A stretch of 64,000 bases of DNA, taken from the NCBI GenBank assembly GCA_036555065.1, contig DATBLZ010000161.1, positions 10,531-74,530 on the forward strand, given 5' to 3'. Position numbers and translations under genes: made by a program. The DNA is from Gammaproteobacteria bacterium. Lineage in GTDB: Bacteria; Pseudomonadota; Gammaproteobacteria; Steroidobacterales; Rariloculaceae. Below are positions 54,024-62,181 of the stretch, in pieces. Position 1 is the stretch's first letter. Each line of letters starts with the position of its first letter. A model generated the notes under the pieces. It was given only the letters and a program-made list of their open reading frames with translations. It was not told the origin of the DNA and did no database searches.

Positions 54024-55070
54024 TCACCACTGACAGTCGATGCCATTCTCGATGCTCTTGATGAACGCGCTCGCAGCATGTCCCGTAACATCGATCCTCT
54101 GTGCCCGGTCGTTACGGGACATGCCGAAACCGCCCCGCTCCCTGCCGGAACCGTCATCCGTGCATTGCAGCCCAAGCAAATACGTCAATCCGCTGCAGAT
54201 GCAGCGGCGATAACGTTGAGCACGATCGTCGTGCGACGCACACGCCAGCGCATAGGCCTCGTTCAAGCCCTCGAGCGCACAAGCCGCCTCCACCGAGAAC
54301 AGTTCGCCCGGGCGGCGCTCGACGGACTCGTAGAAGCCCTGGTCGGCGATCTGGTCGTGGATGCGACAGACGTAGTCCATGACTTGCTGCTTGAGCGCGG
54401 GGCTTCGTGCACACTCGAACAGACGCCGGCAAGCCTGGGATTGCCAATTGCCGAAAAAAACGAGTGCGTTCTCGCTGACACGGTCGCGCGCGTAGTATTG
54501 CGTGTTGTAGAAGGAGAAACCGCGTTCCACGCTTTGCAGGTAGCGTGCCTCCGGCAGCTGGCGATAGGCTTCCATTAGCGCGAGCATGGCCTCACCCGCA
54601 TACAGCTCCTCGCCGGTATCCGGCATATCGTGAAAGTACACCTTGTACGAGCCGTCTCGTCTTTGTTGACGGAGTATCCCCTCGGCGAGTGCGCTGATCT
54701 GCCGCGTGCTGATCGGCGGCGGGGCGCACAACAGAGCCAGGGCCATGAAGGCGCTATGGGCGATCGATGAGGGCTCCTGGAGGCGGCGTGAATCGAGAAT
54801 CATGTAGCCATCGCGGTCCAGGAGGTAGCCGTCGTAGTGCGCCAAGGACTTGCGAACCAACGGGCCAAGCTCGCGGGTCCCGAGAAAATCGCCGAGTAGC
54901 TCCGCGTCCCACACCGAAGCGATGTCCCGGATCGGGGATTTCTCACGTACGAAGGCGTCAGTCTGAGGGAGGTAGAGGTACTCGAACATCCCCGTGTCCG
55001 GATTCACCATACCCTCGTACCATCGATAAACGAGACGCAGGCGCTGCGTAAGTACCTCAGCCGTTTTCAT
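54024..55070 (-). CDS. Hypothetical protein, possibly an alpha/alpha-toroid fold
   Basis: 348 aa, all-helical by eye, with repeated aromatic/acidic hairpin-like segments. I do not recognise a family. GC is lower than in the core genes. Confidence 0.5.
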   Translation of the reverse strand: MKTAEVLTQRLRLVYRWYEGMVNPDTGMFEYLYLPQTDAFVREKSPIRDIASVWDAELLGDFLGTRELGPLVRKSLAHYDGYLLDRDGYMILDSRRLQEPSSIAHSAFMALALLCAPPPISTRQISALAEGILRQQRRDGSYKVYFHDMPDTGEELYAGEAMLALMEAYRQLPEARYLQSVERGFSFYNTQYYARDRVSENALVFFGNWQSQACRRLFECARSPALKQQVMDYVCRIHDQIADQGFYESVERRPGELFSVEAACALEGLNEAYALACASHDDRAQRYRRCICSGLTYLLGLQCTDDGSGRERGGFGMSRNDRAQRIDVTGHAASAFIKSIENGIDCQW

Positions 55071-55494
55071 GCGGGGCCGCCTCGCTGTTCGGGCCGCTCA
55101 GCGTGAATTTCCCCGAAGACGGCGGCCGTCGAGTATAGGTACTTGCCGAGCGCACCGATCGAAGACGCGGCGAAGCCTCCGCACGTCCGCAAATACGTGC
55201 AAACCGCAATCGCGGCGGGCTGCGAGTCGGGCTAGGATACCAATAGACGTCATGCGCAAGGGACGGAAGCTGATGAGCACCAGCGTGGGGACGTCATGGG
55301 TGATTCTCTCGTCAAATCCGTCGTCGTCAAGGGCGGCGGGAATTACGCTCGTGGTGTTGCCGGCAACTCGCCGTGTTCGCTTAGCGTCATTGCGCGAATA
55401 CTTCGGTCAGCCCTGTGACTTGGTGAGCCCTTCTCATCGCGGACCAGCGCGGAGCGTTTTTCCGTGAATACAGCGGCAGGCAAGGAATGTTCCA

Positions 55495-56061
55495 ATGCAA
55501 GTACCACTGGAAATTAGGTTCCACAACATGGATCGCTCCGAAGCGATCGAATCAGCCGCTCGCGCGAACGCAATGAAACTCGAACGTTTCGCCGAGCACA
55601 TTGTCAGCTGTCGCGTGACTGTGGAAGCGCCTCACAAGCATCATCGCCAGGGCAAGCTCTTTCACGTGGTGGTTGACGTTCGCCTGCCGGGCGGTGAGCT
55701 CGTGGTGAGCCGCGACCCAGACCAGCATCATGCCCATGAGGACGTACACGTCGCACTACGTGACGCTTTCAAGGCCGTGCGACGCCAAGTCCAAGACTAC
55801 GTCCGCGTGCAGCGCGGAAAGCTCAAGACTCACGAGGTCCCGCCATACGGCAGGATCGTTGCTTTGCATCCAGACGAGGACTATGGGCGTATCGCAACAC
55901 CGGACGGACGCGAGATCTACTTTCACCGCAATAGCGTCGTGAACGCCGATTTCGACCGCTTGAAGGTCGGCCTCGAAGTCAGGATCAGCGAGGAGGCGGG
56001 GGATCGCGGACCGCAGGCCAGCACCGTGTACGTCATCGGCAAGCACCACTTGGTCGGCTGA
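55495..56061 (+). CDS. HPF/RaiA-like ribosome-associated factor fused to a cold-shock (CSD) domain
   Basis: The N-terminus MQVPLEIRFHNMDRSEAIESAARANAMKLERFAEHIVSCRVTVE...VHVALRDAFKAVRRQVQDY is S30AE/HPF-like. The C-terminus YGRIVALHPDEDYGRIATPDGREIYFHRNSV...LKVGLEVRISEEAGDRGPQASTVYVI is CSD-like. Confidence 0.75.
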   Translation: MQVPLEIRFHNMDRSEAIESAARANAMKLERFAEHIVSCRVTVEAPHKHHRQGKLFHVVVDVRLPGGELVVSRDPDQHHAHEDVHVALRDAFKAVRRQVQDYVRVQRGKLKTHEVPPYGRIVALHPDEDYGRIATPDGREIYFHRNSVVNADFDRLKVGLEVRISEEAGDRGPQASTVYVIGKHHLVG

Positions 56062-56107
56062 GCAAACAGGAAACCGCGCCGATCCGCATCAAGCATGAGC
56101 GCGGCAG

Positions 56108-56524
56108 ATGCGAGCCCGCTACGAGCACTTCGCGCACCGCGCCGATATCGGGGTCCGCGGATTCGGTGGGTCCGGAGCGCAGGCTTTCGAGCAAGCCGCG
56201 CTTGCGATGACGGCCGCAGTCACCGATCTCGAAACCGTAGCCGCCTTGCAGGAGGTCGACGTCTTGCTGCGGGGCACCGGACCGCGAGCTGCTGCTCGCC
56301 GACTGGCTGAACGCGATCGTCTACGAAATCGCGACGCGCCACATGGTGTTTGGACGTTTCCAAGTCCACATCGAGGAGTGCAGTCTGCACGGCAAGACCC
56401 GGGGCGAAGAGATCAGCGCCGCCAAGCACGAGCCAGGCGTGGATTGATCGGTGGGTACGAGTTCTTACGTATACTCCCGTCCCCGAGGTCGCGCGAGAAT
56501 GCCTTCCAGCGCGAAGTTGATCGT
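56108..56524 (+). pseudogene. Archease (RtcB ligase cofactor family) requiring two compensating frameshifts
   Basis: Frame A (from 56108): [55 protein letters not shown]. Frame B (from about 56271): [58 protein letters not shown], then a stop at 56445. Frame A again: [10 protein letters not shown]...AFQREVD. The first shift falls at a GGGG run (56271-56274). Confidence 0.6.
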
Positions 56525-56552
56525 CCGCTTTTCTTTCAAATCCAGAGAGGTC

Positions 56553-56936
56553 ATGACGCAACAGAGCCAACAGCGATCGCCCCTCATCAAGCATATCTCC
56601 TGGGGGCGAATGACGGTCGATAACGTCGGTGCGGGAAAAGACTTCAAACTCTGGCCCGGCGGTGGACGAGCGTGGGATTGGACGGAAACCGGCACGCATC
56701 ACGTTCCGGGCATTCAACCGGCCGATGTCGAGGAGCTGCTGGGTCACGGCTGCAACATCATCGTTCTGAGCCGCGGCGTGCTGATGAGACTGGGCACCTG
56801 CAAGGAGACGCTCGAGCTGCTGAAAGCCAAGGGCGTGGAGGTGAGAACGGCGGAAACGATGGAGGCTGCAAGAGTGTACAACCGGCTCGCTTCAAGCGGC
56901 CAGGCCGTCGGGGGCCTGTTTCATTCGACGTGCTGA
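56553..56936 (+). CDS. Mth938-like (DUF498) domain protein
   Basis: From the ATG at 56553 (AGAGAGG upstream): ...[52 protein letters not shown]...IIVLSRGV...[23 protein letters not shown]. Confidence 0.7.
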   Translation: MTQQSQQRSPLIKHISWGRMTVDNVGAGKDFKLWPGGGRAWDWTETGTHHVPGIQPADVEELLGHGCNIIVLSRGVLMRLGTCKETLELLKAKGVEVRTAETMEAARVYNRLASSGQAVGGLFHSTC

Positions 56937-56966
56937 ATCGTACAATCAATGCCATTGGGAGCTGCC

Positions 56967-57206
56967 ATGCCATTCCGGGAAGGTCAAGAAGTTCGGATCA
57001 AAGCGCTGCTTAAACCCAAACGTTGGGAGCGCCACGAAGCCATCTCCTCCAGGGAACCGGTCGTCGGTGATATCGGGCTCGTGGTCGACGTCGATGCCAG
57101 CACCGGAAGAATGATCTACACAGTCGAGTGCATCGACACCCATGGCTCGGAGCGCTGGCTCACGCAATTCGAACAGGACGAGCTCGAGCCGATTCCAGCG
57201 CGATAG
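56967..57206 (+). CDS. Small hypothetical protein, DUF4926-like beta-barrel pattern
   Basis: 79 aa from the ATG at 56967. ...VVGDIGLVVDVDASTGRMIYTVECIDTHGSERWLTQFEQDELEPI. The assignment is weak. Confidence 0.4.
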   Translation: MPFREGQEVRIKALLKPKRWERHEAISSREPVVGDIGLVVDVDASTGRMIYTVECIDTHGSERWLTQFEQDELEPIPAR

Positions 57207-57428
57207 TCCCCGCTGCCGCGACCGCACCCGGAGGATCCCGGTCCGAAGTCGGCAGCGCCGTTGTGGGAACGCGTGCCGCCGACGTTGGATGGAGCCGGTC
57301 GGCGCACGTCGTCGCCGAACGCTTCCGTCGAGGTCATGAGGTTCCTCGATTTCGCGAGCGGCAAGTCGCGCACGCCGGCCGAGCCCCTGCGGACGGACAT
57401 GAGGGCACAACGCGCTGCGGCGCATCGT

Positions 57429-58271
57429 CTACATCCGAGGACTCGCGCCGTGCTTCTCGGCTTTCCGATAGACAGCGTGTCGGTCAGACCACGTGGAGAA
57501 ACCGATCGTGCCGGGCGGGAGCTTCTCCTTTCGGCCCAAGACCAACGCCCCTCCGTCACGGAGGCTGCCGCAGAGCGTCCATGCCGCCGCGGCTTGTTGC
57601 TCGAGCCCAAAGTACGTGAAGGCCACGTTCCGGCAGCTGATCAGATGGAATGATCCCCCGACCGGGCCGTGCCGCAGATCGTGCGAGCGGAAACTGATCC
57701 GGGCTTTGTAGGCGGCCTTCAGACGATACAGGCCGTGCTCCTCATCGAAGGCGTCAGCGAGCCAGGCGCGCGGAACGTGCTTCACGGCGCCCCCCGTATA
57801 GCAGGCGGCTTTCGCGCGCTCGAGCAGGTGCGGATCGATATCCGTGCCGACGACCTGGAGATCGAGGCGCGGAAACCGTGTTGCGACGAGGAAGTGCCAG
57901 ACGAGCGCCAATGTATAAGGCTCCTCTCCCGACGCGCAGCCCGCGCTCCATGCCTTAAGCTCGGATTCGCCGCGAGCGGCTGCGCCGGTCGCGAGCTCCG
58001 GCAGCACGACGCGTCCGAGGAATCCAAAGACCTCGCTGTCGCGGTTGAAGCTCGAGATCGTCACTGTGCAGAAGGAATCCGCAACGGCCCATTCCTCGGG
58101 GTGGTTTTCGAGATACGAGCGGTACTCCCGTCCGTCCGACAAGCACAGCTCGGCCAGTCGGCGAGCGATCCGCTTGCAGACCTGCTTCCGCACCGCCCGA
58201 AAGCCGGCCCATCGCAGGCCGAGCCGCGGCAACAGCCACGTCAACAGCGCGACACAGTCATCATCTCTCAT
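57429..58271 (-). CDS. CheR-family protein-glutamate methyltransferase-like protein (orphan)
   Basis: 280 aa. KAWSAGCASGEEPYTLA is the SAM-binding motif, and ISCRNVAFTYF is also present. There are no other che genes nearby. Confidence 0.8.
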   Translation of the reverse strand: MRDDDCVALLTWLLPRLGLRWAGFRAVRKQVCKRIARRLAELCLSDGREYRSYLENHPEEWAVADSFCTVTISSFNRDSEVFGFLGRVVLPELATGAAARGESELKAWSAGCASGEEPYTLALVWHFLVATRFPRLDLQVVGTDIDPHLLERAKAACYTGGAVKHVPRAWLADAFDEEHGLYRLKAAYKARISFRSHDLRHGPVGGSFHLISCRNVAFTYFGLEQQAAAAWTLCGSLRDGGALVLGRKEKLPPGTIGFSTWSDRHAVYRKAEKHGASPRM

Positions 58272-58530
58272 GACTCAAAGTCGCCAAGCTCACCGGTTCG
58301 CCCACGGTCCGCGTGCCACGCGGCCCACGGCCGGATGCGCTCGCTCGAGCAGCTGTCGAGCTTGTCCATGTCCGACCCCGACAACAGCGCCTCAGCGACC
58401 AACGAAGACCGAATTGCCCTCCGCCCAGATGCAGCCGGGGCCGATGTTCGAGCGACCCACACCGTCCGGCGCGTCACGGGCGTATCCTTCCGTCGCCGTC
58501 GCAAGCGCGGCGCGCTGAACCGTAAGACAG

Positions 58531-59748
58531 TTACCGCCGCCGCCCTTCGGCATCCATGCGGTCGCGCGCGACAGCGCGAGCCTCGTGCACGGACAGCCAC
58601 TTCAGCACGTCTTCGCGCCGCAGCAGGCCGACGAGCTTGCCGTGCTCGAGAACCGGCAGCTGATTGACGTCCAGCTGGGCGAGCATCGTCAGCGCCTCGC
58701 TCGCATCCTGGCTCGCGGACACGCTGACCAAGTCGGAAGCAGGCGTCATGATGTCGCGCGCCGTGATCCGCTCCCAGGCGCTGCGCTCGGCCTTCCGTAA
58801 ATCCCGCAAGCAGACCATGCCCAATAGACGGCCGTCCTCTTCGACGGGAAACACGCGTTGGCCGCTCGCCATCAGATGCACGTCCACGAGCTCGCTGATG
58901 GGAATGGCCGGCCCGACGCTCGTGAAGCGCGTCTGCATGATGCGGGCAACCGGAACGTCCTCGAGCGTCTCCTTGACGAGCAGCTGGCGGTAGCTCATGA
59001 GCGCGGCGTTGTTCAGGAACCAGCCGATGAACATGAGCCACAGACCGCCGATCGGTCCGCCGCCGAGCAGCGGTACATGCAAGCCAAAAAGCATGAGCAC
59101 GCCCGTGCCCATGAGCAGCCAGGCGAAGCCCTGCCCTCCGGCCGTGGCCCAGCGCGTGGCTCTCCGCAGGTTCCCCGTGATGCCCCACAGCACCGCGCGC
59201 AGCACGCGCCCGCCGTCCAGCGGGAAACCCGGCACGAGGTTGAAGATCGCGAGCAGAATGTTGACGGGTCCGAGCCATAGCAGAAGAGTCGCGAGCGGCG
59301 ACAGCGCGGCAAGCGCCTCGCGCGGGTTCTCGACGTCGATCTCGATCGGGCCGGCGACGACGCCTGCGAGGAACAGAAAACCCATCCCGAGCACCAGGCT
59401 CGTGATCGGTCCGATCGCCGCCATCACGAGCTCGGAACGCCACGTTGGGGGCTCGTTCTCCATCTGCGCCACGCCGCCGAACATGAACAGCGTGATGCGG
59501 CGCACGTGGATGCCGCCGGCGCGGCCCACGAGCGCATGCGAGAGCTCGTGGGTGAGGACCGAAGCGAAGAACAGCACCGCCGCGGCCACGGCCGTGCTCC
59601 ACGCGAGCGCCGGATTCCACTCCGGATGCCAGGACGGAAATACGCCGCCCGCCAGGCTGAAGGTGATCAACGTGAAGATGATCAGCAGGCTCCAATCGAC
59701 GACGACCTCGATGCCGGCGATTCGGCCCAGGCGGATTCCGTTTGTCAT
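58531..59748 (-). CDS. Site-2 protease (M50) family metalloprotease with a C-terminal CBS pair
   Basis: From the ATG at 59748: MTNGIRLGRIAGIEVVVDWSLLII... HELSHALVGR is the HExxH motif, with FNLVPGFPLDGGRVLR and then two CBS domains. Confidence 0.88.
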   Translation of the reverse strand: MTNGIRLGRIAGIEVVVDWSLLIIFTLITFSLAGGVFPSWHPEWNPALAWSTAVAAAVLFFASVLTHELSHALVGRAGGIHVRRITLFMFGGVAQMENEPPTWRSELVMAAIGPITSLVLGMGFLFLAGVVAGPIEIDVENPREALAALSPLATLLLWLGPVNILLAIFNLVPGFPLDGGRVLRAVLWGITGNLRRATRWATAGGQGFAWLLMGTGVLMLFGLHVPLLGGGPIGGLWLMFIGWFLNNAALMSYRQLLVKETLEDVPVARIMQTRFTSVGPAIPISELVDVHLMASGQRVFPVEEDGRLLGMVCLRDLRKAERSAWERITARDIMTPASDLVSVSASQDASEALTMLAQLDVNQLPVLEHGKLVGLLRREDVLKWLSVHEARAVARDRMDAEGRRR

Positions 59749-59841
59749 CTCAGCACGAAGCCCCCTTTCGGCGGCTGGCACGATTCATATGGGCCGGTTG
59801 TCTCGGCCCCGTCGCCCGTCGTCATCGATTCCGCCGGCGCC

Positions 59842-60279
59842 TCAATTATTCTGCTGGTCCTCCGCTTGCTGCTGCATGTGCTCCATCATCTGCTGCATCA
59901 TCTGACGCATCATCCCCATATTCTGCCCCATCATGCGCTGCTCGTTTTGCATCCGCTCCATGCGGCAATTCGTGTCGTCCTGCCGGCACTGTCCCGCGCG
60001 GCCTCCCCGGCCGGCACCCTGACCCATCGGGCCGCGCATCATCTCGCCCATCATCATCATGCCCTGGCGCATGCTTTGCATATGCTCCTGCATCAATCGC
60101 TGCCGCTCTTCGGGATCCTCGGTCGCCTGAATTTGCTCCATCAACGCCTGCATCGCCCGCATTCGCGCCTGCATCTGCTGCGTTTGTTGAGTGGTCGCGC
60201 TCTCATCGGTCTCGGCTTCCTGCGCCAACAGTGCGACCGCAAAGAACGACAGCGCGATGAGCAAATACGTTCTCTTCAT
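59842..60279 (-). CDS. Secreted Met/Gln-rich low-complexity protein
   Basis: From the ATG at 60279: the signal peptide MKRTYLLIALSFFAVALLAQEA is followed by ...MQARMRAMQALMEQIQ...MQEHMQSMRQGMMMMGEMMRGPMGQG...CRQDDTNCRMERMQNEQRMMGQNMGMMRQMMQQMMEHMQQQ. Confidence 0.65.
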   Translation of the reverse strand: MKRTYLLIALSFFAVALLAQEAETDESATTQQTQQMQARMRAMQALMEQIQATEDPEERQRLMQEHMQSMRQGMMMMGEMMRGPMGQGAGRGGRAGQCRQDDTNCRMERMQNEQRMMGQNMGMMRQMMQQMMEHMQQQAEDQQNN

Positions 60280-60485
60280 TGTTGTTTGTCCTGTGGGAGA
60301 TCGACGTTCAATTGCCACGCGCCGGAAAACCGCGCGGGAAGCCCCATCTGGTGGTCGAGCCAAGGAACCACGGTATCCCTCATGGCGAGGTGGCGGCATT
60401 CGCACTTCTACCTACCCCCGCGGCGCCGTCGCCCCCCGAGTCGCGAAAACCGTTACGCTGACTGCGCATCGCTTGCGGCACGCGC

Positions 60486-61946
60486 TTGCACCGGACGGCG
60501 ACGGCGTACGTCAATCCGCGGAACGGTTTCACGCCGCCGGTGCTGCCGCGGCTCGATGAGATCGCGATCGATCCGCCCGTGCTCGCGTTCGTCGCCCTGC
60601 TGTCGGTCGTGACCGGCGTGCTCTTCGGGCTGCTGCCGGCGCTGCGCCTTTCGAAGGACGGCGCCCGCGGGCACACGTCCGCATCGCAGCTCTCGACGCT
60701 CGTGCGCAACTCGCGGCTCGGCCACGCGCTCGCCGCGGTGCAACTGGCGTGCGCGATGGCGCTGCTCATCGGCGCCGGCCTGCTCGTCGGGAGCTTCCTG
60801 AAGCTGACGGGCATCGACCCCGGTTTCGATGCGCGCGGGGTCTTGAGCTTCGAGCTCGTCGTGCCCGGCGACTCCACGGCGGAGCGCAAGCTCGAAGTGG
60901 CGGAGACGCTCGTGGCGCGCCTCGAGACCCATCCGCGCGTGACGAGGGCCGGGTTCGCAGATCTGCCGCCGGGCACATCGATCACATTCGGTTTCATGTT
61001 GCTGATTCCGGAAGGCAAGACAGGGCTCGAAATCCTCGAAGAGTCGCGGGCGGAGCGACCTGGCGCCGGGACGCGCCAGGTGACGGTGAGCCCGGGCTAC
61101 CTGCGCGCGCTGGGTGCGCGGCTCGTGGCGGGCGAGTGGCTCGACGAGCGCGCAGGCGCAGGTCCTGCCGTGCTCGTGAGCCGCCCCTACGCCGACCACT
61201 ATTTCCCAAACCGCAACGCCGTCGGCGCCAGCTTGACGGTCCTTAGTCCACTGGCGCCGGATAGCGTCGTCACGATCGCCGGCGTCGTCGACGACATCCA
61301 TCTTCGTAACCTCGAACAGGCCGCCGAGCGCGTGGTGTTCATCGACCCACGGCGCGCCTTGGCGGCGCCGCGACCGTCGGACCGGAACTTCCTGACCGTC
61401 ACGGTCAACAGCATCGCGTTCGCAGCGCGAACGACGGGTGATCCCACGTCGATCATCTCGGACTTACGCGCCATTGCACGGGACATCGACCCGCGCCTCG
61501 CGATCGACGCGGCGGTGCCGATGGAACGAATCGTGTCCGGACTCACGACGCGCCCGCGCTTTTACGCAGCGGTCCTGACCACGTTCGGTGCGATCGCCGG
61601 CTTCATCGCCGTGATCGGCCTTTATGGCGTGCTCTCCTACGTTGTCAGCCAGCGGACCAAGGAGCTCGGCATCCGCATGGCGCTCGGCGCACGTCGCGGG
61701 GCCGTGCTCAAGTTTGTATTGCGACAGGGCGCCTTGGTCGTCGGCATCGGTGTCGTCTGCGGCATCGCGGGCGCCGCAGCGCTGACGCGCTACCTCGCGG
61801 GCATGCTCTACGGCCTGACGGCGCTCGATCCCGTGGTCTACGCGCTCGCCGCGGTGGCGTTCACTGCGGCTGCGATGTTCGCGGTGTATGTGCCGGCGCG
61901 GCGCGCGACCACGATCGATCCGCTCTCGGCCTTGCGGTACGAGTGA
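60486..61946 (+). pseudogene. 5'-truncated ADOP/MacB-like FtsX-family permease (C-terminal unit plus the tail of the first unit)
   Basis: Homology starts at ...LPRLDEIAIDPPVLAFVALLSVVTGVLFGLLPAL. It continues with TM segment AAVQLACAMALLIGAGLLVGSF, a periplasmic domain, an FtsX domain and the canonical end VPARRATTIDPLSALRYE. An in-frame stop lies at 60459, and I see no N-terminal unit upstream. Confidence 0.55.
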
Positions 61947-62181
61947 CACCGCGTCGCTGCTAGTCCGATAGCTCGTCGACGTACGCGTCCGGATGACGCG
62001 GCGACTCGCCACACCCGGATCGCGACGGCGCTATCTCTGACCGTCCGTTTGTGGCCGATGCATGCCGGACGCAGAAGCTGCTCGACCCTCATTGTTAACC
62101 GGCAAGGGTGAACTGCACTCCGGCCGTTCACACTGTAACAAGCGAACAATTTCGTAATGCGCGATAAAGCTGCTTTCGCGG

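Noticed and set aside
53311-54030. A 239-aa ORF that looks like an intact gene.
   Set aside because: It is a chimera. It begins with the MBL-fold N-terminus (MKITFLGTR), runs through about 170 aa of meaningless Arg/Gly-rich sequence, and ends in the DJ-1/PfpI motif. The true homologous segments lie in different frames.
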